Part shown: one piece after another, positions 28,624 through 39,666 of the stretch
Position numbering within the stretch: the first letter of the stretch is position 1
Layout: the number at the start of each line of letters is the position of its first letter
Origin: an uncultured Bacteroidales bacterium
Lineage (GTDB): Bacteria > Bacteroidota > Bacteroidia > Bacteroidales > UBA932
NCBI GenBank assembly: GCA_900321715.1
Contig: ONXC01000008.1
Span: forward strand, 17,677-81,676
Direction: 5' to 3'
DNA: 64,000 nt
Made by a program: the position numbers and the translations under genes
The notes under the pieces: generated by a model
Told to the model about the DNA's origin: nothing
Seen by the model: the letters and a program-made list of their open reading frames with translations, nothing else
Database searches by the model: none

Positions 28624-31283
28624 CTTTCCCTGTCTCCCCAGACAAATTTATTGCGTACTCCCTGGCGGGGATCACCTTCAAGGCCGTCCACCTTGTCCCA
28701 GTACCAGGAATCATATACACAGCGAAGCATGGCCGATTTAGCCGAGTCGTCGACGACATTTGCTCCGTTTATCTTGATGGCACCGTTGGCCGACCAATAC
28801 ACACCGTTGTTGTTGAACAGCAGTTCAATGAATCCCTTGGCGGATAGCTGGGCTATGAAATTTACTTCGGCCTTGGTAGGAAGACGCCAACGTCCCGCGG
28901 GGAAGCCATCTTCCTGATATGCGGCGCAGCGATACTCCGCATAGGGCTTGGTGATAGTTCCAAACTCGGTCCCGTTGAATTTGGAGGAAACGCGATAGCT
29001 CGGTGCCAGCATGTTTGCTGTACGGTCAGACTTTTCTGTAGGATAATACCATGTGAGGGTGCGGGGCGTTTCCCCATAAAGGGCATCGGCCTCATTGAAT
29101 CCCGTTCTTTTATACACACCGGGGCTCACTTCCGGATAGTCGGTAATGCCGGATCTGAAGTTTTCAAGGATTGCAACATCGTGCAGTATTGCACTCGAAT
29201 TCTTACCGCCAACTACAAACTCATAAAGCCCCTTATAACCCACCGGGTCATCCAAATTATTCACGTTGTCTTCACGGGGGTCACCAATCACAAAGCTGGA
29301 GCTGGACGGAAGCATCGTCACATGGATGTCAAACATATCTTTGCTACCACCGGTGTACCACACGGTCTGCCACTGATACTCGGGTCTATTTGAAGCGTCC
29401 AGCTTATAATAATTGTCCTCATTGCCCGTATGGCTTCTGGTCTCGTGCCTTATGAAACGTCCTCCGTTGACATAGACATATCCCCAGGGCTTGTCCGTCC
29501 AGGGCTCTTCGCCATCGGGATACCCGCAAAGGGTAGGAGGAGTAGCATTGGGGTTACGCTGACGAACCTCCGTATCCGAATTCCTGAGCCGCTCGATATA
29601 GATACCGGGACGCTGGGTAATTGTGATATGCCTTACGTACTGTTGATAAGTATGCGATTCCGTATTATCGGCCAAATCCGTATGGACTATGTCAAATTCA
29701 ATGGTATAGACAGAATAGTCAAAGTTGTCCTTGGTGTTGTTGTTTTCCAGAGGATGAATGAGCTCTATGGATGTGGAGGTGTTTGTGAGCCAGTTTGACG
29801 GTTCCCAATCTTCATTGCCTGCCGGCTGGTTATTAAAGTCAAGATAATAGGAATTATCATCCTTCTGCCTTATCCATCCGTGCAGTTTTTGGTGATAGGA
29901 GTCTACAGACTGACTGGCGGTAATTGTACCAAAGTAAGGCCTTGTTGCCTTCACGCTTCCTGGAACAACGGTTACGTTATGGCTGGACATAAACGGGATG
30001 GAAAGCTTCTCCACATTATTGATATCCCACGTTGTCTTGTCTACTGACAGGTAACGGGCCTTGCTGATAACAGCGAACTTGTTGATGGCAAAGGACTTGT
30101 TCTGCCAGTCAAGGAGATAGCATGTGGGCGTCAGGACGGCCTTTCCTTCGTCGGTTTCAGAGCCAAGGATGGACACGTCCAGATACAGTCCGTACCAGTT
30201 GTTCCTCTCAAGTTTATCCGTGGGGAGGAATATCTTATAGTAGTATTTACGTCTGTCGTAAGAGTACCCGTTCTCCGCTTCCCTTCTCCAGTCCATCTCC
30301 AGTTTGAAGTATGGCGGCTCCACGGGAAGGCCTCCAGTGTAATCAAGTTTGGGATAATCCGGCATACTGGCCGACCAACTTACGGGGTATGAGTACATGG
30401 GCCAGGAGTGGTAATAAGTCTTTCCACCCTCGGTCTCCGTGTTATGATAAGGGGTTCCGGAGTCCCTCACATATGCTCTCTGATGGGCTTCGTCACTGTA
30501 CGAGAAGTACTCCTTGCCGGGATCGTCTCCGCCTATCAGCGTAGACTTTACGCCGTTTACAAGGTACACTCTCATTGTATGCGGGACGGGAGTCCAGACC
30601 TCGTCCCGAAGTTCCTCCTGGTTAGGGTCAGTGGGGGCCTGGTGCTTAAGTTCAACGCGCTGTGCAACGTTAAGGGCTACGGTAAGTTTTGAAGCAAAGC
30701 GCTTAAGGCCGATTTCTCCCGTTGAATTTGGCGTTGCATCGGCATCATAAGTGATTACCGTACTGCCGTCCATAAGGAAAAAAGGCTGGGTGTATCCGGA
30801 TTCCGTAGCGGCAAAATCCGTGACTATGCGCCGCGCATTAAGTTCTGCCCGGGAAGTCCCTGAAAGGTCTCCCACAAAGCCCCTTTCAAAGTTCACAAGG
30901 GCATAGACAGTTGCCTTTTTATTATCATCGAACAGGAGCCCTATCACGTCTTTCTTTATTACAAGGTTGAACGTTGCCTCCCAGTGGCCGGGTTGCATGG
31001 GGTCCTCGCTCAGTTCCTTGCGTATATAATGGATTGCGTCCGTGCTCTCAGAAGGGTTCTCTCCGGGATAGAAGAGGAAATCAACAGACTTTATGAGGTT
31101 CTCGTTGAAGGCCTGCTCGCCGTCCTTTTCGCCATCGGCCTTGGTGGCAAGGAGAGGATTGTCACAGCGCACCGTAAGTGTGATTCCGGGCTCTTCAAAT
31201 GACGGCACAGCCTCCCTCACGCACCCAGTAAGAAGGAGCGTCAGGCAAAGTAGCCAAGCCATATGAAGAATCCTCAATTTCAT
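28620..31283 (-). CDS. Type V pilus tip adhesin candidate with WRLPT...RCVYD domain (operon B)
   Basis: Lipobox LTGC; ATKA; LKRFASKL; ERNNWY; RCAAYQEDGFPAGRWRLPTKAE...LRCVYDSWYW; paralog of 54981-57446. Confidence 0.75.
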   Translation of the reverse strand: MKLRILHMAWLLCLTLLLTGCVREAVPSFEEPGITLTVRCDNPLLATKADGEKDGEQAFNENLIKSVDFLFYPGENPSESTDAIHYIRKELSEDPMQPGHWEATFNLVIKKDVIGLLFDDNKKATVYALVNFERGFVGDLSGTSRAELNARRIVTDFAATESGYTQPFFLMDGSTVITYDADATPNSTGEIGLKRFASKLTVALNVAQRVELKHQAPTDPNQEELRDEVWTPVPHTMRVYLVNGVKSTLIGGDDPGKEYFSYSDEAHQRAYVRDSGTPYHNTETEGGKTYYHSWPMYSYPVSWSASMPDYPKLDYTGGLPVEPPYFKLEMDWRREAENGYSYDRRKYYYKIFLPTDKLERNNWYGLYLDVSILGSETDEGKAVLTPTCYLLDWQNKSFAINKFAVISKARYLSVDKTTWDINNVEKLSIPFMSSHNVTVVPGSVKATRPYFGTITASQSVDSYHQKLHGWIRQKDDNSYYLDFNNQPAGNEDWEPSNWLTNTSTSIELIHPLENNNTKDNFDYSVYTIEFDIVHTDLADNTESHTYQQYVRHITITQRPGIYIERLRNSDTEVRQRNPNATPPTLCGYPDGEEPWTDKPWGYVYVNGGRFIRHETRSHTGNEDNYYKLDASNRPEYQWQTVWYTGGSKDMFDIHVTMLPSSSSFVIGDPREDNVNNLDDPVGYKGLYEFVVGGKNSSAILHDVAILENFRSGITDYPEVSPGVYKRTGFNEADALYGETPRTLTWYYPTEKSDRTANMLAPSYRVSSKFNGTEFGTITKPYAEYRCAAYQEDGFPAGRWRLPTKAEVNFIAQLSAKGFIELLFNNNGVYWSANGAIKINGANVVDDSAKSAMLRCVYDSWYWDKVDGLEGDPRQGVRNKFVWGDRER

Positions 31284-32950
31284 TGATTCCAGTTCTTTTT
31301 GAGAATGAACCTATAATAGTCTATGGACTCGGACCCAAGGTCAATGAACTTTCCATCCTGGGTTTCCACGCAGAAATGGAGGTCTATGTAGTTGCCCTCA
31401 AGCTCATCGTCGTACGTACCGTCCGTATAGGCCTGCTTGCAACTAATGGTAATGGGTATGCGGCAGTCCTCTATGCGGCCGTTTTCGCCCTCATAATTAG
31501 GATAGATTGTTGCCCATTCCGGAGAGACCGTAATGGCGTCCGCTATGGCCGATCCTCCCTCTTTTCCGGACACCGGAATAACGTGGAGGGTCCCCCCAAC
31601 CGGCGTTGCAATTATGATATCTCCACGAATAGCGTTATCCAGTTCATGTTCATCAATAGTAACCGTGTGCCAGAAACTTACGTCGTAGAATCCGTCCTGA
31701 GTCTGGATCTTCTTGAACGTGGGCACAGCGGTGTCAAACACGGTGAATCGGCGTATGACGTTCACCGTGCTTTCCTTGAAGTCCTGATGATAACTTGTCC
31801 ACTCCCAGGGCAGCACAACGGTCTTCAGGGTAAGTTTCATGGTCTCTTCCATGAAGCAGGCAAACACTATCCATGTATGGTTGCGGGAGAAGACGTCTCC
31901 GGCCATTGAGAAGTGCGCGGTCCTGGTTTCCCCGCTGGAGTCAACGCGGTAAGATATTGTTCCGGAAATGGTCTTATCCGTTTCCCTGAGGTATATAGGG
32001 CCGATTTGAGATTCCGCCGCTACGGCAGCATCCAGCCTCTGCTCATAATGTTCGGCCGACTCCGTTTCATTTCCAAAACCGCGGAAGAAAAGAACTTCCG
32101 GGTCCTCAACAATGGTGAGTTTTTCGTTTGTAATAAGAGGGCTTCCTGATATGGACGATGACAGAGACGTGTATTCCGGTGCAGTTCCAAGGTCAAAGGT
32201 ATTAGCCGTAAACAGGCGTTCGGAGGAACCTATCTGGCAGTTCTCTCCCCCGTCAAATGAGATCCCAACAATCTCACATTCCTCATTACCTGGCGTTGCA
32301 GGAGCAGTGTCCGTTGCAGGGAGGCCCTGCTGACAAAAGACAAAGCGTATCTTGGACACCGCCCTTATGAGTTTGAGGGTGGTAATGTTGAGGACGGGAT
32401 AGCCGCCTGTTACATCGGCCTTCTTGAGGACGCCGGACATGGGAAGACCGGCCTCGGGGACCGCCATCGTGAGCGGCGAATTACCGCCGATCTGATTAAC
32501 TATAACAGCATCAAGGGCGTCACGGGTGGTGTTTTCATCCAATTGTGCGTCCGTTGCCGATAAAACGTTTGCAACGGCGTACACATCCACATTGGGCCGA
32601 GGGTCCGTGGTGAGGGTTTTGAACATCTCCTGGGACAGGGGAAGCCCGAACCTTGTGATGGTACTTCTGGAAACACCCGACTGTTCAAGTCCCTCCGTGA
32701 AACTCTTGTAACTTATGAGGGTTCCGTCATTGGAAAGGAAAGCCCATATCTGGAGGGAGGTTATCTTGAGTTCTTCCTCAAGAGGGCTCACCATACCTGT
32801 TTCGGCCTTTGTAATAGTGGACCCTGGGATATACATGGATACCTGGAGAGAACCTCCCTCAAGTGCGGGAGACTCCTTCCTGCATGATGCTACAGGGAGC
32901 ATTGAAATCAATGCCGCCAGAATAGCCATATGCCTTAGTATCCTTTTCAT
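31280..32950 (-). CDS. Type V pilus minor pilin lipoprotein (operon B)
   Basis: Start re-called to ATG 32950 (MKRILRH); lipobox VASC; ITKAETG; RAVSKIRFVFCQ; FSRNHTW. Confidence 0.72.
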   Translation of the reverse strand: MKRILRHMAILAALISMLPVASCRKESPALEGGSLQVSMYIPGSTITKAETGMVSPLEEELKITSLQIWAFLSNDGTLISYKSFTEGLEQSGVSRSTITRFGLPLSQEMFKTLTTDPRPNVDVYAVANVLSATDAQLDENTTRDALDAVIVNQIGGNSPLTMAVPEAGLPMSGVLKKADVTGGYPVLNITTLKLIRAVSKIRFVFCQQGLPATDTAPATPGNEECEIVGISFDGGENCQIGSSERLFTANTFDLGTAPEYTSLSSSISGSPLITNEKLTIVEDPEVLFFRGFGNETESAEHYEQRLDAAVAAESQIGPIYLRETDKTISGTISYRVDSSGETRTAHFSMAGDVFSRNHTWIVFACFMEETMKLTLKTVVLPWEWTSYHQDFKESTVNVIRRFTVFDTAVPTFKKIQTQDGFYDVSFWHTVTIDEHELDNAIRGDIIIATPVGGTLHVIPVSGKEGGSAIADAITVSPEWATIYPNYEGENGRIEDCRIPITISCKQAYTDGTYDDELEGNYIDLHFCVETQDGKFIDLGSESIDYYRFILKKNWNQ

Positions 32951-34587
32951 CCTAATAATCCATTCCACTTCATCTCTGCCACAAGACCTATCTCAAGCTG
33001 GGGGTCGTGGAGGTCCGGAACGGTGGTATAGGCATTCCTGAGGCTGTTTATCCGTACCGTGACACTGGTAATATGGTCCTTTGAGAACACGCTGCCTCCT
33101 TCCTTAGGAGCTTCCAGTACCCCTACAACATAGAACTTGCATCGGGGAAGGATGTCTCCCTGCTGGCAGCGACGCGTAGAACCTGTGTTATTTCGGAATT
33201 CCAATGCAATATGCACTGGACGGCCTGCCGCTGTTTCCAGCACAAGCGTCTGGGTGGATGTGCCGGTGGAACCAATCTTCAGTACACTACCCATTACATT
33301 ATCATAGATATACCGGCTGGGACCGGTTCCCGGCATAAAGCGGAAATCCACATCCTTCTGGTCCCCCACAATGATACCGGTGAGGGGGCAACCGTCAACA
33401 AGGTCTGTCCCGGCAGTGCCAAGGCTCAGCGACAGGAGCCCCACTCCGTATTGCAGCGGGTCCTTGATGGCGACAGACTCGGTCAGGGTATTGACGCTTC
33501 CGCCATCTGTATAATGGACCAGGATGTCGTCCCAATTGGCGTTAGTCGAGACATACTGGTTCACTACATTTTGGTCCACCGACGTCTCAATGGAACTGTT
33601 GGCATAGTACCAAAGACCGGGAGGATAACAGTAGGAGGATGGTTCTACAAGGGCAATGTTAACGCCACCCACCATCCGTACGAACTCTTTGCCGTTCCAC
33701 CAGAATCCGAAAGTTCCCTCAGGAACGCCATAGGATGCGGGGAAGGTGGAGCCGGCATCGGAAAGTGTCTGGGAGAATGCGCTCACCGCCTGGCTTACCA
33801 GACCTATCTCCTCTATCAACGCCATGCTTTCAAAGGGAATTCGCAGAAGGGCCGACTGAATCTCGTTCCTGAGGTGGTCGAAGGTAGGATAAGAGCAGGC
33901 CAGAATATGGTTTTCCCGCTTGACGGCATCGAAAATGTTCAGGATAGAGGCATTCTTGGAACTGCCCATCATGGACATCACGACGTTCAGCTGTTCCAAC
34001 AGGTCATCGGCCACCGACTCTGCTTCCTGAAGTTCCTGACGCGTTTCCAGGACAGGTTCCAGATGGAATATGATGTCATTGGCAACGGAAGGATTCTCAA
34101 TACCCTCAGGGTATAGGACGCCGTAACTGTGTTTAGTTTCCTTTGACTCACTTCCTCTCCCGTCAGGCGCCTTTGCATAGGTGAGCACCCGGTTCATGCC
34201 ATTGGGAGGATATGCACTGTTAAACAGGTGGGAGTTATTGTTCTGAACCAGTCCTCCCCTGTTGATACCTACACTTCCAAGGGACACATTGTGGTCTCCA
34301 AGACGGGGAGCATCCGGCTCAACCTCAGGTGTTTCCGTGTTAAACGGCACGATGTAAAGCCTTTCTACCCCACGGAAAACGCCATCGGACTGGGTAATAT
34401 CCGTCGTCATTTTGGTAGGGTTCTCCTGTCCGGGAAGAACATTCTTAAGGGACATTGCCAGCGAGACGGCGTGCCCCTCCCCGGCATCATTGACGGAGTC
34501 ACGGGTACACCCCACCCCTGCCCACAGGAAAACTGTGAGCAGGAGAAGGATGGCCGATGAAGGCGCGTATGATGCCTTTTTAGTCAA
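32947..34587 (-). CDS. Type V pilin, Mfa1-like (operon B), possibly with an altered C-terminus
   Basis: Lipobox GVGC; PTKM; YCYPPGLWY; LQYGVGLL; AYTTVPDLHDPQLEIG. Confidence 0.72.
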   Translation of the reverse strand: MTKKASYAPSSAILLLLTVFLWAGVGCTRDSVNDAGEGHAVSLAMSLKNVLPGQENPTKMTTDITQSDGVFRGVERLYIVPFNTETPEVEPDAPRLGDHNVSLGSVGINRGGLVQNNNSHLFNSAYPPNGMNRVLTYAKAPDGRGSESKETKHSYGVLYPEGIENPSVANDIIFHLEPVLETRQELQEAESVADDLLEQLNVVMSMMGSSKNASILNIFDAVKRENHILACSYPTFDHLRNEIQSALLRIPFESMALIEEIGLVSQAVSAFSQTLSDAGSTFPASYGVPEGTFGFWWNGKEFVRMVGGVNIALVEPSSYCYPPGLWYYANSSIETSVDQNVVNQYVSTNANWDDILVHYTDGGSVNTLTESVAIKDPLQYGVGLLSLSLGTAGTDLVDGCPLTGIIVGDQKDVDFRFMPGTGPSRYIYDNVMGSVLKIGSTGTSTQTLVLETAAGRPVHIALEFRNNTGSTRRCQQGDILPRCKFYVVGVLEAPKEGGSVFSKDHITSVTVRINSLRNAYTTVPDLHDPQLEIGLVAEMKWNGLLG

Positions 34588-34589
34588 GA

Positions 34590-36875
34590 TTAAAGATCCA
34601 GTACGTAATTAATACCAGGAATCCACTGGAGGTCTACAGAAAGACCCAGTGACATCTGGGATGCACGGAGATCAGGTACGGAATAGTAAGCGTTCTGGAG
34701 AGAGTACTGGCCAATCCTGAACGTTGCGTTGGTAACAAAGTCCTGAATGAATACACGGGCAATCTTCTTGGATTCACCGGCAAACTTTCCATCAGGAACA
34801 GTCTCTCCGTTAACACCATACACAGGAGGAATCTGGTGGTCGGTGGGGAATGCGGCATGGAGCGTATTCCGCTGGTCGGCATTGGGCTTTTCAATCTTTG
34901 CTACAAGATAGAATACACCGCCGTTAGGAATCATATTGTCACGTCCGTAGAAGGCATCGCCGTTGTTTACAAACTCCAGAGCCACATAGACATCATTCTG
35001 ATTTGCTTCATCCTCAGAAGAATTGTAGTTGTCGTACACCAGGGTATAGTTAGGAGAACCAGTAGGAGTAGGAACGGTAGTGCTGGCAATGGAATGGTCG
35101 TAGATTACGCCGTCAAACAGGGACAGGTCTCCAAGACCTTCGTGAGTGCCAGTGGTTGTATACTTTCGGGTAAACTGCCAGTTCATCCTGGGGTTAACGC
35201 CGCCCACAAGTACACCGCGGAGCTCAATCTGAGCATCTGCGGGGGCAATTGTCTTATTGCTCTCGGCGTGGTTGGTGAGTTCGTAACGATTATCCTCCAA
35301 AACGGTTGTTCCATCCTTGAATACAACATTGGTCTTGAGCATTGCAACGCCGTAGTTGATGCTGTTCACAACCGCTACGCCACGGGTAGAGCCTTCCACC
35401 TTTCCGGGGAAAGTCCAACTTGACCAATTTGAATCAGTATTCCAAGGGGTAATGCCATCAGGATAGCTGGCAACGGTGACATCGCTACTTGTAGTACGGA
35501 TGGGACTGTTCACATAGTACCAAAGTTCGGCCGGATACAGGTATTTGCGGGGCTCAAACTCCTCCATGGTGGGATTCACCAGCGGGAAGTTAGGGTGACG
35601 ATAATAGAATTCATCTTTCGTCTTTACTGTACCGCCAACGTTTTGACCCTCGTAATAGAAGCCCAGTTGAGCAGCACCTTCCGGCACACCAAAATCCTCA
35701 AAAGGATAACCGTTCAGATTCTGAGCGCCGCCATATTTCGTATTCCACTGATCTTCTGTATATATTTTATATGAAGTCACCAGCAGAGACTTAATCTCGC
35801 TGACTGCCTTGTAATCGCCAGGATTTCCGCCCGGGGTTCCGGGTGTATAAAAGTAGAGTGACGCCCTGTCAAGGATAACATCTGCAAGACGTTTGGCATT
35901 GGCTTCTTCCGGAGTAGTGGGTTCAGCACCACTGGCCGCAGAAATAACCTTGTACATATCGGATACCATCCTCTTGACAGAGGCAGAAGAACCGCCACGA
36001 TATTCGCCTTTGGGTCTTACAGGCTCACTCGGGGGGACAATGTATGTAAACAGGTAATAACTCTTACCCAGAATCTCCTCCAGACCTTCAAGTGGATGGT
36101 CAATAGTAGTGGTGCCCTTATAACGGGATGCATCTCCCAATTTGTCATTCTCATACCGATGGCCGTACTGAGCCCAGGTCACGGCAGGAAGGGGACCAAA
36201 CTTTACAACAAGAGGCATTTCTTCATCTGAAATCGCATCTACACCTCTAGCTAGAATATCATTGATAATACCAATCATAAGGCGCCCTGTAGCGTCATAT
36301 TGATCCGTCTTGGTTCCAGCCGTGAGGATGCTCTTCGCAGCAATAACCGTCTCTCCGGGTGTACCGCTGATTGTAGTGGCTGTAGCATTGGTAGCGCCAA
36401 GTTCAGCATCGTTTACGGCACTTTCAGAACCGGACTTTGTAGCCTTGCCGTAGAAAGTGACAGCATCTACACCCACCGGAATAGACAACTGCAGAACACG
36501 CTTGGAGGCCACTGCCTTATCTCCGGACTGATTGTTGCCAGTGCTGTTGTCAATGCCGCCGCTGGCAAAGAAAGCCCCAAAATCAAATTCCTTTTCCTCA
36601 GCACCAGTAGTGCTCAGAACATACGGAGTGCCGGAAGTCATGCCAGTCTTGTAGGTAAACAGCTTTACATCCTGGATACCACGGAAATTCTGGTTCTGCT
36701 GAACGGCATCGGCCGTCATCTTTGTAGAGGGAGCTGCAGCAATGTTAAGCACAAACTGCGTTGTCACCTCCTTCACTCCATTTTCAGGAGTGTCCACCAC
36801 CTGCTGTTCTTTCTGGCAGGCTGCCATTGCAAGCACCGCTGCGCTTACAAGGAGAAAACTAAAGATTTTTTTCAT
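34590..36875 (-). CDS. Major stalk pilin candidate, Mfa1/FimA-like (operon B)
   Basis: Lipobox MAAC; STKM; YLYPAELWYY; INYGVAML; AYYSVPDLR...GLSVDLQW. Confidence 0.78.
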   Translation of the reverse strand: MKKIFSFLLVSAAVLAMAACQKEQQVVDTPENGVKEVTTQFVLNIAAAPSTKMTADAVQQNQNFRGIQDVKLFTYKTGMTSGTPYVLSTTGAEEKEFDFGAFFASGGIDNSTGNNQSGDKAVASKRVLQLSIPVGVDAVTFYGKATKSGSESAVNDAELGATNATATTISGTPGETVIAAKSILTAGTKTDQYDATGRLMIGIINDILARGVDAISDEEMPLVVKFGPLPAVTWAQYGHRYENDKLGDASRYKGTTTIDHPLEGLEEILGKSYYLFTYIVPPSEPVRPKGEYRGGSSASVKRMVSDMYKVISAASGAEPTTPEEANAKRLADVILDRASLYFYTPGTPGGNPGDYKAVSEIKSLLVTSYKIYTEDQWNTKYGGAQNLNGYPFEDFGVPEGAAQLGFYYEGQNVGGTVKTKDEFYYRHPNFPLVNPTMEEFEPRKYLYPAELWYYVNSPIRTTSSDVTVASYPDGITPWNTDSNWSSWTFPGKVEGSTRGVAVVNSINYGVAMLKTNVVFKDGTTVLEDNRYELTNHAESNKTIAPADAQIELRGVLVGGVNPRMNWQFTRKYTTTGTHEGLGDLSLFDGVIYDHSIASTTVPTPTGSPNYTLVYDNYNSSEDEANQNDVYVALEFVNNGDAFYGRDNMIPNGGVFYLVAKIEKPNADQRNTLHAAFPTDHQIPPVYGVNGETVPDGKFAGESKKIARVFIQDFVTNATFRIGQYSLQNAYYSVPDLRASQMSLGLSVDLQWIPGINYVLDL

Positions 36876-36909
36876 ACGCTTTGTTATTAGAAATTATTAT
36901 TAGTTTCGC

Positions 36910-37944
36910 TTAAAAATCCACTTCCCAGCCGGGCTGGTCTATCCAGTCAAGGGTAACCAGTGACCCCACCCAGGGGGCCATGGGCACGCAGGCTCCGTCG
37001 TTCTGGATGGCTGCCTTCACCACCTTCAACTGACCGGCCTGGAGCGGTAGTTTCACGCCAAGGATGGTCTCCGTAACCGTTCCGTCATCAAGGTGACAGT
37101 ACACCCTGTACTGCCAGAGGGAAGTTTCGGATGCATCCGTAATGAAATCTTCCGGCGACTCTATGGTAACCTTGGAAGAGGGCACATCCTTTGACGGGAA
37201 AGTGACCGTGGTAAAACAAAGGGGAGAATCGGCCCCGTCCACGGCAAGCCTGTTGGCTTTTACAACCGGCGTATATTCATACCTGTACGTGCTGTCTGCC
37301 AGGCTGAAGCCCGTGGCAAAGCCGGTAGCATACACGTCTATGTCCTTGATATGGCTTCCAAGGGTGTCCAGGACCAGTGCGGTGGCGCAGTTGGCCATAT
37401 ACAGCTTCACGTCAAACTGCTGGTCCTCGCCTTCCTTAATGTCCATGGGAAGACGGGCCGTAAACACGCCCGTGCTGTGGGATTCCACGGTATCACGTAT
37501 GGGCTGAAACAGGCGGGACGTGTGGCATATTTCATCTTTCTCAAGCCCTACCTCGTGATTGTCCTCTATGTTTGCAATTGCAATGTGCATGTACTTTCTC
37601 ACGGGGATGAAGAGCGTGTAGCTGGACTGGTTTGCGTCCATTATGTGGCGCTCATTATGAAGGCGGGTGGAATCCCCGTAAACGTCGTAGAAAGAGAGGT
37701 TTACGTCATGGGCGTAATCCGTAAAGATTCCGGACATGTACTGCCTCAGGGCGGAGGAAACGTTAACATCGGCCGCCATGCTCAGCTGGGTCTGGAGCTC
37801 AGTTGTCATATTGGTGACAAGCCTTAGCTCATAATCCAGCGTATAGTCTGTCTCGCAGTCGCTCATGTCCTGGTCCACCAGCACGCAGCCGGTGAAAAGA
37901 AGGGCCGATAAAGCCATGAGGCTATATTTCAGGGCATTTCTCAT
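36910..37944 (-). CDS. Mfa2/FimB-like anchor pilin (operon B)
   Basis: Lipobox FTGC followed by VLVDQDMSDC; shares YELRLVTNM, HIMDANQSSYTL and YMANCATALV with 18440-19492. Confidence 0.75.
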   Translation of the reverse strand: MRNALKYSLMALSALLFTGCVLVDQDMSDCETDYTLDYELRLVTNMTTELQTQLSMAADVNVSSALRQYMSGIFTDYAHDVNLSFYDVYGDSTRLHNERHIMDANQSSYTLFIPVRKYMHIAIANIEDNHEVGLEKDEICHTSRLFQPIRDTVESHSTGVFTARLPMDIKEGEDQQFDVKLYMANCATALVLDTLGSHIKDIDVYATGFATGFSLADSTYRYEYTPVVKANRLAVDGADSPLCFTTVTFPSKDVPSSKVTIESPEDFITDASETSLWQYRVYCHLDDGTVTETILGVKLPLQAGQLKVVKAAIQNDGACVPMAPWVGSLVTLDWIDQPGWEVDF

Positions 37945-39590
37945 AGCTTATCCTCCTTCATAATCTGTTGCCAGGCCTCGAATTCCTTGCGGGCGGGACC
38001 GTAAGTCTCTATGCCCTCAAGATTCTCCGCTGCAGCCTCAGAGCCGCCCCTGGCAGCGGATTCAATCATCTGGATTGCCTCTTTTTCCCTGTCCGCATCC
38101 TTATTGTCAAGGGCGGTGAAGTAGAGGGCTATGCCGTAGGCGTTTGCGGCCTCGGCGTCCTGAAGCGCCCGTTTCTTAAGATCCGGGGAAGCCTCAAGTT
38201 TTTTCACGGCTTCGCTGTAGCGCTTTGCCTTCAGAAGAGGTATTACCTCCTTGTTGTACTCTTCCGTAACCGGATCCGGAGCGTTGCCGTAGTAGATACG
38301 GATGTATCCGGAATTACGTTGATCGGCCAGGAAATTCTCCTTCACGTCCTCATAAAGCCGGGAATCGGCCCTTATAAGAGCCTCACGGCGGTCAGGGTCC
38401 GGCTCATTGTAGAGGATGTCAAGAAGCTTCTCACGGCCGTCCGGCTGGGCTTCCAGCTGGGCCCGGAACCAGTCCCAGGCCTCTCCCTTCCCTATTGTCT
38501 CAAAGAAGCGGCGGCTCACGCCGGTTTGCCGGTTAAGGTAATCGGCCACAACCTTTGCGCGCCTGAGGGACAGGGTGTCGTTGCGCTCCTGGGGGCCTTC
38601 GATGGACGCCAGGCCCACTATTGAAATGAGGATCTCATCCGTTGCTTCATCCTGCTTGATGCGGTTGATGGCGCCTGTGAGGCGCTCCAGCACCCTTGCG
38701 TTGGATGGATCGGATGTATTGAGCTCCCAGCTGTCCACGGGGAAACGGACGTACTGGATGCTGTCGATTCCCGGCCTTGTAAGGTAATCAAGAGGCCGAT
38801 ACCTGCCGATGGGCATTACCCAGGAATCCTCCTTTGCAACGCGGTCTCCCTCCGTTTTCGGGTGCGCCACATCCTGAAGATGCACCGTGAACACAACCGG
38901 AGGAGTCATGACAGTAATAGTATCTGTGCCGGAAATCACGTAAGAGCCTTGGCTGCGTGACTTTCGCTTATCCCTTGCCACGGGGTTATAGGCAACGTTG
39001 AGGGCAAGTTTTGGAACTATGCCGGGAACTCTTTCCTCCCCTACCTTGGTGCCGCAGTGCTTGCAGTCATATCTGTCATAAGCAGCAAGGCCTATTGCCG
39101 CTCCGGCCTCAAGCTCAAGCCTCCAGTGCTGCCAGGGCCACCATGCATAGCCGGCAAAAATGCCGCCGGCCCAGTAGGATCCCTGGACGCGGGACTCCTC
39201 CACAACGGGATACATGTGGAACGGAGTAGGGACGGAACTCACGTTGAAATGGGTGTAGATGGCATCTGCGCCAAAGAAAACGCCCTTGTAGACCTCATCC
39301 AGATAGTACCTCACTTCCGGGACAATGGCATAGTTCCTCCAGATATGGGGGTTCTCCTTATCCCAGTCCCATGCAAGCCAGCGGGGCCAGGACTTGAGGG
39401 CGGCGTTTCCGCCTATTGACCAGTTGTCGCTGAGCGGGAATTCAAGGCCGATATTTGGTTCACTCACGGCGTCCCAGAGGACATTGGTCCTGATGGAGAA
39501 GTCCTGGGAGAGGGCCGCCTGCGAAAAAGAAAACGTAAGCAAAAAAGCCGTCAGAAGACGGACCGAAGCCTTTGAAAGATACCTGTCCAT
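37941..39590 (-). CDS. DUF3575 beta-barrel plus OmpA-like domain plus helical tail (operon B, first gene)
   Basis: Signal peptide; IRTNVLWDA..PNIGLE; CKHCG; GLASIEG..N..LS..RA; paralog of 21845-23557. Confidence 0.82.
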   Translation of the reverse strand: MDRYLSKASVRLLTAFLLTFSFSQAALSQDFSIRTNVLWDAVSEPNIGLEFPLSDNWSIGGNAALKSWPRWLAWDWDKENPHIWRNYAIVPEVRYYLDEVYKGVFFGADAIYTHFNVSSVPTPFHMYPVVEESRVQGSYWAGGIFAGYAWWPWQHWRLELEAGAAIGLAAYDRYDCKHCGTKVGEERVPGIVPKLALNVAYNPVARDKRKSRSQGSYVISGTDTITVMTPPVVFTVHLQDVAHPKTEGDRVAKEDSWVMPIGRYRPLDYLTRPGIDSIQYVRFPVDSWELNTSDPSNARVLERLTGAINRIKQDEATDEILISIVGLASIEGPQERNDTLSLRRAKVVADYLNRQTGVSRRFFETIGKGEAWDWFRAQLEAQPDGREKLLDILYNEPDPDRREALIRADSRLYEDVKENFLADQRNSGYIRIYYGNAPDPVTEEYNKEVIPLLKAKRYSEAVKKLEASPDLKKRALQDAEAANAYGIALYFTALDNKDADREKEAIQMIESAARGGSEAAAENLEGIETYGPARKEFEAWQQIMKEDKL

Positions 39591-39606
39591 AGTTTAAAAC
39601 TATCTA

Positions 39607-39666
39607 CAAAAATAACCTAAACCGGGCAAAAGTGTTCACCCGCGCACGCAAAAAACACGCAAAAAA
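39607..39666 (-). promoter_or_regulatory. Promoter of operon B (-7 box only) with an upstream 11-bp direct repeat
   Basis: -7 TATTTTTG (39614-39607); no TTTG at the -33 position; CACGCAAAAAA x2 at 39645-39666. Confidence 0.45.
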
